Below are positions 22,839 to 32,169 of a DNA stretch of 64,000 bases, one piece after another. Within the stretch, counting starts at the first letter, position 1; each line of letters opens with the position of its first letter. The notes under the pieces were generated by a model, which was not told the DNA's origin, searched no databases, and saw nothing but the letters and a program-made list of their open reading frames with translations. A program made the position numbers and the translations under genes. The stretch comes from Epithemia pelagica (lineage: Eukaryota > Protista > Bacillariophyta): assembly GCA_946965045.2 (NCBI GenBank), contig OX337239.1:744001-808000 (forward strand). Direction: 5' to 3'.

Positions 22839-25303
22839 GGTTCTGGTGACGGTGAAGGACTGGGTAGTATGTTTGTTTGTGTGTGTGTGTGTGTCGCGCT
22901 AATGAGAGAGCGAGCGAGAGAGAAAAAATCAATCCGCGTTTGGTTTCTGGTTCTGTTAGTCAACGATTGCTTGACAAGAACAATGGTTCACCAGCTTGAC
23001 ACCACTAAAAGTCAACTCGAAAATGAACCAAATGCACCAAAGAGAGAATGAATGAATGACTTCACTCTCTTGTTGTTGATGTTCTTCTTTGTTGCTGCAG
23101 ACCCACAAGGGTTTGACAATAAGAGTGTTGTTGTCGCACAAAGTGGTTGGAGGGAGGAGAAGCGTCAAGGCTCTTTGGTTGTCGTCCCCGAAACTGGTTT
23201 GCCAAGAAGTAAAATAAATGTGTGCACCCAGACTCGAACAATGGTTGCCACCGGAAGAGAAACGGTGGCTGCCAGAATTGTTTGCTGTTTGTTTTTTTGG
23301 AACAACGGTTGGGGAGACCCCACGCAAAATGACTGTTGACGGTTCCAAACGACAACGACAATGGCTGCAAGCTGGAACAATGGTCGTTGGTGTGGATAGA
23401 GTTCGGCCACCAACAGATAAAGTCGGTTGTTGAGAAAGTATGGAGTGTTGTTGTTGTGTGTCGAGACAGAGTCACACTCTATCTGTTGCGCAGTCGTTCA
23501 GGTTTTCTGACAGCGTCTCGTATTCGCGCAACAACAACAACAACAACAAAGAGGAGGGCAGCAAGCACACCCATAGACACTGGCTGTTGTCGCATGACAC
23601 TAGGAGTGTCTGTTCTATTTATAGAGATAGGACATGGAAGGGCTTTGCCTTCCACGCTGTGAGTTGCGTCGGTTGTGGATGGTTGCCACTTGGAGGGGAG
23701 TGGTCGGCTCTCTAAATACTCTTGTGGGTCGTGCTCTCACATTCCAGCCGGCACCGTATGTGTATGTTGTCCCACCCTCGTGACAACAACAACAAACAAC
23801 ACAACAACACTCAAGTCGTGTCTTCCTCTTCATTCCTCATGCTCCTCATCATCATTAGTATTGTTGTTAATGTTGTTATGTTCTCGGGATGATGGAAACG
23901 ACGGCAGGATGGTCATGGTCCCTGACTTGGTCGCAGGGGCGTTGGACAGAGGACCCACACTGACTGTGCCACTTGGAACCAACTCTTTGCGTATTATCAA
24001 TTATCATATGAGGCGGCTCGTTGGTCCGATTGAGCGGGAAATCGGCTGGCGCGACAACGAACACTCGAGACCGTTGCACCCGTTCGTCCATGCTAACTAT
24101 CCGTTTGTACACTGGTATACAGATGCTGGATTCCACGAATACTTAGATGCATCCCCACGGAGATCGTGATCCATTATCACAGTCCCAACCAGTATCTTGA
24201 TAAGAGAATGGGGCCTGAGGTACGTGTGTGACCTTCTAAGTAGACTTTGTTCGCGCCATGGTTCAGTTTTGCGGCTCGCGCGCACACACTGTCCTTCCAG
24301 TGGACGGCAAGAGAAGGCTTCTCACTCATCTCCGCGCCAGATGCAACACCATGACATCATGTTGGAACACACCATACCCCGTCAGTGATCATCCTCATTG
24401 GTGTATATAGTAGTGAAGTGAAGCGAGGGTGGGCTGCAGGAGGAACAAGTGTCGGTTTGGCCGTTGAACCTCGTCGTTGTTTTTTTGTTGGAACCGTTGG
24501 TGGAGAGGGTGATGACGGCTGTAGTCGTTGTGCATTGTCGTTGTTGAGTGTTGTCGTTGTGTGTTGTCGTTGGGCAGTATCATCTTCTGTTGTTCGGGTG
24601 GTGCATCGTTCCATTGTCGTCGTTGCGGTCCACATACATACAGACTCTCTCGCTGGACATGGGCTCTTCTTGTCTGTAACCCCGACACCAGAAACAACAA
24701 ACGGACAGAGTGTGGACGGACAACGAGTGAGTAGGTAGTCCTCACCGGGGATTCGAAAACCATGGTGGGGGTATCTCGTCATGGTGGTACTGCCTACATA
24801 GTAGAGCAGTAGAGTAGCTCCACCAGGAAATAGGATATCCGAATCAAGTAGAGACACTGGCCCAACGAAATCAGGTCGGTCCAAACACACACAGTGGAAT
24901 GTATATACGAGCTCCACAGCCACAAAACCGTCAACTAGGATTCTGCCACCAGCAAACTTCATCGCTCTTGGTTGTGGGCCACGTCGATCCCTCTCAAGAC
25001 CACAAAACGAAAAGAAAATGCTCGCCTCCTTCCACAACTACCGAGGAGATTGTTTGCGGTTATTATATACGGAGATGTAAGGCTAGGTAAGGTACTTTCG
25101 ACACTTGTCGACATTTGGTTCTCCCTCATTCGGCGTATGATTGATTGGGTAGAGAGCTAGACGATGCGGCCAATTTGACTACCGTAGAATATTGGTTTGT
25201 GTGTCATCTCTGTGCTTGCCAGTCTCGTGAATGAAACAACACAGGATTGCTCTGAGATCGTTTCCCAGATACTCGCAAAGCGCTTATACTTTTTACATCT
25301 TTC

Positions 25304-25621
25304 TGTTGAAAAAGGAGACAAAGAAGGACCAACAAAGGGAACGGTCTTGCCGTCAACCCTCAATGATGAACGAAATCCCAATGACAATCCCAAGCAGGAA
25401 GAAAACAGTGACGTACTGAGTGGCCCAGATAAGAAGGTGTCATGCCCAGATAAGAAGGTGTCATGGGCGAAACCGTCCTACGCGGAGATCGTCAAACGAT
25501 CTCATTCTATTAAGTTAAAACGTAACGAGAGTAATAGCAAGTGATTTCTAAAGGAAACACAGCGCACCTCCGTAGAAGAGCACCGGATCGTTGAAGACGA
25601 ACCTCAGCCCTCCTTCCAACA
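25304..25621 (+). repeat. 5' LTR (contains a 21-bp tandem duplication GCCCAGATAAGAAGGTGTCAT x2)
   Basis: Identical to 31798-32115 except T25542 vs C32036. Confidence 0.97.
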
Positions 25622-25635
25622 TTAACTTAATAGAA
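25622..25635 (+). promoter_or_regulatory. Putative self-priming primer-binding site
   Basis: TTAACTTAATAGAA directly follows the LTR's terminal CA. It is the exact reverse complement of TTCTATTAAGTTAA at 25505-25518 in the LTR. There is no TGG tRNA-type PBS. Confidence 0.7.
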
Positions 25636-25658
25636 AAGACTATCCTGAAACATCCTGC

Positions 25659-26246
25659 ATGGAACGAGACAAAGTATTCCGAGTCCTATACGCCAAGCAA
25701 GTCATCGAATCCCTACACCGCCAGCGTGCCAGGATCCACCAAGATCGGTCTCGGATTCTCACCCAATACCACAACGAATTGGAAGCGAACAGAGAAGCAC
25801 AAGTGCGAAACGAAGAACGTCTTGGCGCCGCGTATCAAACGCTTGAAAACGCCATTGACGACGAGGACGACGGATTGACTAGTGAGTCGAGTAGACGAAG
25901 CACTCCTCACCGAGCCACAAGCGCAACAGTCTCTACCGACGACTATTTCAAGGGTCCCGACGCAGGCGACAACCAAGTTGCTGGTGCTCGTGCGGAATAC
26001 CAGTACCCTTCCGCAGTAACCTCCTCCACTGCCGTGGCAGCCCCCGCGAGCACACAAGGTGAATCTGAAGCGGAGAGCGAACCAAGAGAAGGACAGGGAG
26101 ACAGCAGCGTCGAAGTCGTTGCCAGTCCCAATAAGGACAAAAGTAACCGAACCCGGAAGGCGGAACCAGACGCTAAGCCCGCAGCCAAAGTAACCACCAG
26201 ATCGGTGAGAGAGAAGCGCTCGAAGAAGAAGCGACGCACCAGGTAA
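25659..26246 (+). CDS. Extra retrotransposon ORF-A (195 aa; helical/coiled-coil N-terminus, basic NLS-like C-terminus)
   Basis: ATG-initiated ORF between the 5' LTR and gag, ending KRSKKKRRTR. No recognised domain. Confidence 0.55.
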   Translation: MERDKVFRVLYAKQVIESLHRQRARIHQDRSRILTQYHNELEANREAQVRNEERLGAAYQTLENAIDDEDDGLTSESSRRSTPHRATSATVSTDDYFKGPDAGDNQVAGARAEYQYPSAVTSSTAVAAPASTQGESEAESEPREGQGDSSVEVVASPNKDKSNRTRKAEPDAKPAAKVTTRSVREKRSKKKRRTR

Positions 26247-26306
26247 TCGATTACATAGGCACTCCCTGAACCCCCGCGCGTCATTGCATTGTTTCCCTGA
26301 CGTTTT

Positions 26307-26852
26307 ATGGCTGCACAAGACGACGACATTGAAGACATCCTTTTCCGTCTCCAAGAGCTAGCCGCTGAGCAAGTAGTGCTCCTTGATCGTCTGTCTTCCC
26401 TTCGAGAGGTGGAGAGACTCACATCACCGACCGCGCCAAACGCGACGAACCAAGAACCACAACACCAAGAAGAGACAGCAGAGGATTCTCGTGCTGACTG
26501 CACACAAGGAAGACTTAGTCCACACCACCCACGGGCAGATCAGAGTCTTTGGGGTCGGAATATCAGTGTGCGGCGTTTTAACCCAGGCGACGCTGTTGAG
26601 ATACTCAACCCGGTACCACCAGAGGTCGAAGGAGGAGTGTCCACCCGAAGGGATCACACGGGTGTGACTTACAAGACAGCGGGAAACTGGGTCTACATTT
26701 ACACCGACACCGGTAGACACATACAACGAGACAGGAAGAACGTTGCATTGTTGACGAGGGCCCGTGATGAGTACATCACCTCAATCGCAGGCGCCCCCCT
26801 CAGAAGGAGCGACCTCGAACGGTGGCAGTACCACGAGCGGACAATCGTCTAG
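26307..26852 (+). CDS. Extra retrotransposon ORF-B (181 aa; coiled coil plus KOW/SH3-like beta domain)
   Basis: RRFNPGDAVEILNP...TGVTYKTAGNWVYIYTDTGRHIQRDRKNV resembles a KOW-type beta barrel. It overlaps the gag start. Confidence 0.6.
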   Translation: MAAQDDDIEDILFRLQELAAEQVVLLDRLSSLREVERLTSPTAPNATNQEPQHQEETAEDSRADCTQGRLSPHHPRADQSLWGRNISVRRFNPGDAVEILNPVPPEVEGGVSTRRDHTGVTYKTAGNWVYIYTDTGRHIQRDRKNVALLTRARDEYITSIAGAPLRRSDLERWQYHERTIV

Positions 26853-29800
26853 TGGTGGTAACGGTAACCGGCGGGGTGGACGCAACGGCCGCGGTGGTCG
26901 AGGACGCCGCAATAACAACGGTGGAAGTGGTGGCACAAGAGGTCAGGGCAAGGCGAAGTTTAAAGGCGACACGTCTGCAATGAATGGGCACGTTTTCCAA
27001 GTATTCGCTGAATGCGACGACAAGCAACAGTTCGCGAAGACGATTGAGGCCCTCGGCGCATATATAGCGAAGGAGTTGAAGTACCCTGACGACCTGGTCA
27101 CCCTCACTCGCGATCTCGAGAACCCAACGATTGAGGAACCCACGGAACCCCCTGAAGATGAGACGAGTCGAGTCCGCATTGCCATGTTCGAGAAGGAATG
27201 CCAACTCTGTGTAACTCGTCAACACGAGCTCAATGGCAATCTACGTGCGATCTTTGCAGTAATCTGGGGCCAGTGTTCGGAAGCAATGAAGGCTAAGTTG
27301 CAGGGTCTGGACGAGTTCAAGGAGCGTGAGCGACGCAATGACTGTGCCTGGCTCCTCAAGGAGATCAAAGGCATTCGTCACCGTTTCGAAGAGAAACGCT
27401 ACTACCCTTTGTCGCTGCGTGATGCGTTGGCAAATTTCTATAGCTACCGACAGGGTCCAGGAGAGTCCCTTTCCGATTACTTACAACATTTTCGCTATAA
27501 CGTTGATGTTCTTGAGCATTACGGCGGCCAGGTTGGCGCCGATCCCGGCCTTCTTACCATGGTGGAAGAAGAGGACGATGAGTTAACCGGTGAACTCGAA
27601 TTTGCACGTGCGGCCAAGGATAGGCTCCTTGCAATCCAGTTTTTACACAATGCCGACGGAAAGCGTTTCGGTGGGCTCCTCGTTGATCTCGAGAACCAAC
27701 ATAGTCGTAACACGGATCAATATCCCAGGGATTTGGCCAGTGCATACTCCCTCCTGGTCAGTTATCGGCCACCCAAGGTACCCACTCCTTCCCAGCCTGC
27801 CTCGGAGAACGCCTCCTCCTCATCCGGAGCGTCTTCGGGAGCACCTGCCACCAGCGATGGCCTCCAGTTCGTCCAGAATGGGCTTCCTGTTCCTGGCACC
27901 GACGGTATTTTGCACGAAAACGTGAAGTGTTATCGTTGCAAGGGCTTCGGCCATTATGCCAACGGCTGTCCAGTTTCCCCCGACGAGCTCCAGTTGCTCC
28001 AGTCCACGACCTCGTCCGGTTTCAGTTTTGCACAAGCTGCCGTCTCCCTTCCGAAGTCTTGGGTGCTCTTGGATAGCCAGTCTACCGTTTCTGTTTTTTG
28101 TAATCGGTCTCTCCTCATGAACATTCGCCCCAGCGCTAACGCCATGACAGTCCACACCAACGGTGGCTCGCAAACCTCCCATCTCGTCGGCGACGTCCCC
28201 AATTTCGGCACCGTCTGGTTCAATCCGGATTCTATTGCCAACATCTTGTCGCTCGCCGCCGTTCGTCGCGTGTGTCGTGTCACCATGGACTCCGCTGGTG
28301 ACGCGTCTTTCCTCGTCCATCGTACCGACAAGCCGCCCCTGGTGTTCCACGAGGTCAAAAGTGGCCTTTACGTTCACGACACCGCCGCTCCATCGGCCGT
28401 GCCCCTCACCTTTGTGTCCACCGTCTCGGCCAACGCCGCTTTTTTCTCCCCCCGCGAGGTCGAAGGAGCGCAACAAGCCCGACGCCTATATCGTCTACTT
28501 GGTCGACCTTCGCAGCGCGATTTCGAAAGCGCCCTCAAGAACAACCTCATCCGATTTCGAAAGCGCCCTCAAGAACAACCTCATCCGATTTCGAAAGCGC
28601 CCTCAAGAACAACCTCATCCGCAACTCCCCCGTCACCTCCGACGACGCCAAGCGCCCTTATCATCTACGGGCCGGACGTTGCAGCCCTCAAAGGCAAAAC
28701 AACGAAGCGTAAATCCACTCACGTTCCCAGCATAACCCCGACTCCGGTTTCCCCCTCCATCAAAGACGCCCACGGACAACTCACTTTGTGTGCCGACGTA
28801 CTCTTCGTACAAGGCCTTCCTTTCCTTCATACCATTGCTCACCACATCAAATTTCGCACAATTACTGCCATGAACACCAGTGGGAACCCCAGCGCATCAC
28901 ACATCATGAACGACCTACAGGGAATCCTGCAGATGTACCGGACACGTGGTTTCGTCGTCAGCGACCTACACGCCGACCTACAATTTGAACCGCTCAGGAA
29001 TCGTCTCCTTCCTATCCATCTCAACGTGGCTGCGCAAGACGATCACGTGGGCGACGTAGAACGATCCGTGCGAACAATCAAGGAGCGTGTGCGCTCCACA
29101 GTTCACGGACTCCCGTATAGGTGGTACCCAGTCATTATGGTCAAGGAACTCGTGATACATGCGATCAAGTCGCTTAACCAGCTTCCCAGTGCATTCGGCG
29201 GTATCAGTCCCACGGAAAGTCCACGCAAGATTGTGACCGGTCTGCCTGACCCGGACTATTCGAAAATGAAGATCGAGTTTGGACAGTACGCCCAGGTGTT
29301 TGAAGACAACACACCGAGTAACACGAACGCCGCCCGAACGACCGGTGCCATCGCGTTGAACCCGACTGGAAACGAACAAGGAAGCTACCATTTCATGTCC
29401 CTCACCACTGGGAGAAAATTGGCACGAAACCAGTGGACACCACTGCCCATCACGTCCGACGTTATCGAGCGCGTGCACCAGATGGCCCAAGCCCAACGAC
29501 AGAAGGAAAGAACAGGTGGAAACCTACTTTTTGAATGGGGTCCAAATGACGAGGTCCCCGATGACGACGCCGACGTCGAGGATACCGACGACGGCGACAT
29601 TGGGACACAACAAGAAGACGCGCCGGCAGACGAGGCAGTGGTACATGAGCCACCAGCACCACCAAACGACGTGCAACAACAAGATGAAGACGTACATGAC
29701 GATCACCAACCACCGGAACAAAACGATCAAGACGCATTAGTGGCAGAGGTGGCGGAAGTGAGCGAGAGTGAAGAGGGAGCCAGCGACAACGCTGACGAAA

Positions 29801-31599
29801 CCATGGAGATAGTGCTCGAGGAAGAAGCCGACAATAATAGTGAACCCCTGTTCCCGCAGGAAGATGTAGACACGCAAGAAGAAGGAGCGCAAGAGCCAGG
29901 AGCGCAGGAAGACTCTGCCACACAAGAAAACAACGCGGGTGTCTACAACCTGCGTGCGGACCGCGAGAGGTCCTATGAGCACAGGTACGACCATCAATAC
30001 CTGCATTTTGCGCTAGCACAAGTTGCAGCCCGCTTCTTGCCCGAAGCAACAATGAAGGAAATCAACAAAAACAACGCGTGGGATTTGGCGACGAGCAAGT
30101 ACATTCAGCCAAACCGCCCCAGCATCGCGAATGCCACACAAAAAATACAGCGCGAGGTCATGCTGACCAAAATGAGTGCCGCTGCGGGCATCAAAAGGTA
30201 CGGACAACCAGCCATTGACGCGCTCCTCAAGGAATTTCTGCAGTTGGATGAACAAGCAGTCTTCGATCCCAAACATGCACATGAACTGACAAGAGAACAG
30301 AAACGCGAGGCGCTTCGTTCTGTAAACCTCATCAAAGAGAAAAGATGTGGAAAGATCAAGGGGCGCAGCTGTGCCGACGGACGCCCACAACGCGACAAAT
30401 ATGACAAAGGCTCAATCGCGTCTCCGGCATTGTCTAGCGACGGACTAATGTTCACACTCATGATAGACGCCATCGAGCGTCGGGACGTCGCAACAGCCGA
30501 CATCGCGGGAGCCTATCTGAAGGCACTCATGCCTGACTTTGTTCTGATGAAGCTAGAGGGACCCGTGGTCGACGTTTTTTGCAAGATGAACGAGGAGTAT
30601 AAGCAATACGTTACTTTTGAGAACGGAAAGAAGGTGATCTACGTGAGACTAAACAAAGCGTTATACGGCTGTGTTCGGTCAGCACTGCTGTGGTATGAGA
30701 TGCTCCTCGGTGCACTGAAAGAAATGGGTTTTGAAGTTAACCCCTACGAACAGTGCGTAGCCAACGCCATGATCAACGGAACACAAGCAACCATTGCGTG
30801 GTACGTGGATGATTTGAAGATATCACACGTACAAAGCGAGGTCGTGACGGACATCATCAAGGAATTGGAACGTCGGTTTGAAAAAATGACGGTAACACGT
30901 GGAAACGAACACACGTACCTAGGCATGAACATCGCATTCAAGGGTGACGGAACAGTCGAATTAAAAATGGAACAGTACATCGATGAGGCAATCGCGGCTT
31001 TCGACGAACCAATCACCAACACGGCACCGACTCCAGCCAAGAAGGATCTTTTTGAGGTCAATCATACAGCTATGAAACTGCCAAAAGAGAAGGCCGATAT
31101 GTTTCATAGCATCACGGCGAAACTCCTGTATATGTCAACACGCGCACGATCAGATATCCAGACAGCCATTGCTTTCCTCACCACACGTGTGAGCACATGC
31201 ACCGAACAGGACCGCATGAAGCTCAAGCGCGTCCTTGAATACTTACATGGAACAAGAGACCTCACCTACATCCTCGCCGCCGACGACGTCCGGAACTTAG
31301 TGACCTGGGTCGACGCATCGTACGCGATCCACTCCGATATGAAAAGCCACACGGGTGGTGTCATGTCACTCGGACGAGGAGCACTGGTGACGAAGTCCCG
31401 AAAACAAAAGCTTAATACCAAAAGCTCCACCGAGGCAGAAGTTGTTGGTGCGAGTGACTACCTACCCAACACCATATGGGCTAAACGCTTCTTAGCCGAA
31501 CAAGGTTATGACGTCAAAAGCATTTTCGCGCAAGATAATCAGAGCGCAATCCGACTTGAGAAAACTGCGGTCCGCCGGGAAGCAATCCCGGCACATTGA
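26767..31599 (+). CDS. Copia gag-pol polyprotein; the RNase H C-terminus is frameshifted and continues in the 31508-32266 frame
   Basis: CYRCKGFGHYANGC (CCHC knuckle), LLDSQST (PR), LCADVL / ADLQF / DVERSVRTIKE (IN DDE), DIAGAYL, KALYG, WYVDDL (RT), WVDASYA, SSTEAE, QDNQSA (RH). HIDIRF and ADFYTKPLQG lie in another frame. Confidence 0.95.
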   Translation: MSTSPQSQAPPSEGATSNGGSTTSGQSSSGGNGNRRGGRNGRGGRGRRNNNGGSGGTRGQGKAKFKGDTSAMNGHVFQVFAECDDKQQFAKTIEALGAYIAKELKYPDDLVTLTRDLENPTIEEPTEPPEDETSRVRIAMFEKECQLCVTRQHELNGNLRAIFAVIWGQCSEAMKAKLQGLDEFKERERRNDCAWLLKEIKGIRHRFEEKRYYPLSLRDALANFYSYRQGPGESLSDYLQHFRYNVDVLEHYGGQVGADPGLLTMVEEEDDELTGELEFARAAKDRLLAIQFLHNADGKRFGGLLVDLENQHSRNTDQYPRDLASAYSLLVSYRPPKVPTPSQPASENASSSSGASSGAPATSDGLQFVQNGLPVPGTDGILHENVKCYRCKGFGHYANGCPVSPDELQLLQSTTSSGFSFAQAAVSLPKSWVLLDSQSTVSVFCNRSLLMNIRPSANAMTVHTNGGSQTSHLVGDVPNFGTVWFNPDSIANILSLAAVRRVCRVTMDSAGDASFLVHRTDKPPLVFHEVKSGLYVHDTAAPSAVPLTFVSTVSANAAFFSPREVEGAQQARRLYRLLGRPSQRDFESALKNNLIRFRKRPQEQPHPISKAPSRTTSSATPPSPPTTPSALIIYGPDVAALKGKTTKRKSTHVPSITPTPVSPSIKDAHGQLTLCADVLFVQGLPFLHTIAHHIKFRTITAMNTSGNPSASHIMNDLQGILQMYRTRGFVVSDLHADLQFEPLRNRLLPIHLNVAAQDDHVGDVERSVRTIKERVRSTVHGLPYRWYPVIMVKELVIHAIKSLNQLPSAFGGISPTESPRKIVTGLPDPDYSKMKIEFGQYAQVFEDNTPSNTNAARTTGAIALNPTGNEQGSYHFMSLTTGRKLARNQWTPLPITSDVIERVHQMAQAQRQKERTGGNLLFEWGPNDEVPDDDADVEDTDDGDIGTQQEDAPADEAVVHEPPAPPNDVQQQDEDVHDDHQPPEQNDQDALVAEVAEVSESEEGASDNADETMEIVLEEEADNNSEPLFPQEDVDTQEEGAQEPGAQEDSATQENNAGVYNLRADRERSYEHRYDHQYLHFALAQVAARFLPEATMKEINKNNAWDLATSKYIQPNRPSIANATQKIQREVMLTKMSAAAGIKRYGQPAIDALLKEFLQLDEQAVFDPKHAHELTREQKREALRSVNLIKEKRCGKIKGRSCADGRPQRDKYDKGSIASPALSSDGLMFTLMIDAIERRDVATADIAGAYLKALMPDFVLMKLEGPVVDVFCKMNEEYKQYVTFENGKKVIYVRLNKALYGCVRSALLWYEMLLGALKEMGFEVNPYEQCVANAMINGTQATIAWYVDDLKISHVQSEVVTDIIKELERRFEKMTVTRGNEHTYLGMNIAFKGDGTVELKMEQYIDEAIAAFDEPITNTAPTPAKKDLFEVNHTAMKLPKEKADMFHSITAKLLYMSTRARSDIQTAIAFLTTRVSTCTEQDRMKLKRVLEYLHGTRDLTYILAADDVRNLVTWVDASYAIHSDMKSHTGGVMSLGRGALVTKSRKQKLNTKSSTEAEVVGASDYLPNTIWAKRFLAEQGYDVKSIFAQDNQSAIRLEKTAVRREAIPAH

Positions 31600-31797
31600 C
31601 ATACGCTTCTTCTTCATCAAGGATCGTGTCAAACAAGAGAATATTGAAATCTTTTACTGTCCAACGGAACAAATGTTGGCCGACTTTTATACCAAACCAT
31701 TACAAGGAGCCCTGTTTCGAAAATTTCGTGACGTACTTCTGGGCCATAAGCACATCAACACACTAAAGGACAAGACCGCTCCTATGTTGGAGGAGCG

Positions 31798-32115
31798 TGT
31801 TGAAAAAGGAGACAAAGAAGGACCAACAAAGGGAACGGTCTTGCCGTCAACCCTCAATGATGAACGAAATCCCAATGACAATCCCAAGCAGGAAGAAAAC
31901 AGTGACGTACTGAGTGGCCCAGATAAGAAGGTGTCATGCCCAGATAAGAAGGTGTCATGGGCGAAACCGTCCTACGCGGAGATCGTCAAACGATCTCATT
32001 CTATTAAGTTAAAACGTAACGAGAGTAATAGCAAGCGATTTCTAAAGGAAACACAGCGCACCTCCGTAGAAGAGCACCGGATCGTTGAAGACGAACCTCA
32101 GCCCTCCTTCCAACA
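31798..32115 (+). repeat. 3' LTR
   Basis: Direct repeat of 25304-25621, followed by the TSD CTTTC. Confidence 0.97.
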
Positions 32116-32169
32116 CTTTCTGGTCTCTTTAGCTCCCAGCACTATCGGGAGTGTCCAGTTAATCACCAT

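Larger units (their letters stand above)
25304..32115 (+). mobile_element. Full-length Ty1/copia (CoDi-type) LTR retrotransposon, 6812 bp
   Basis: 318-bp LTRs TGTTG...CAACA with one mismatch. 5-bp TSD CTTTC at 25299-25303 and 32116-32120. Domain order gag-PR-IN-RT-RH. Purine-rich GGAGGAGCG (PPT-like) immediately before the 3' LTR. Confidence 0.97.

Noticed and set aside
22956-25140. ORFs 24357-25037 and neighbours as genes
   Set aside because: No recognisable motifs; composition resembles UTR or intergenic (CAA/GTT)n sequence.
28518-28621. 34-bp repeats as CRISPR repeats
   Set aside because: They are head-to-tail with no spacers and duplicate pol coding sequence.
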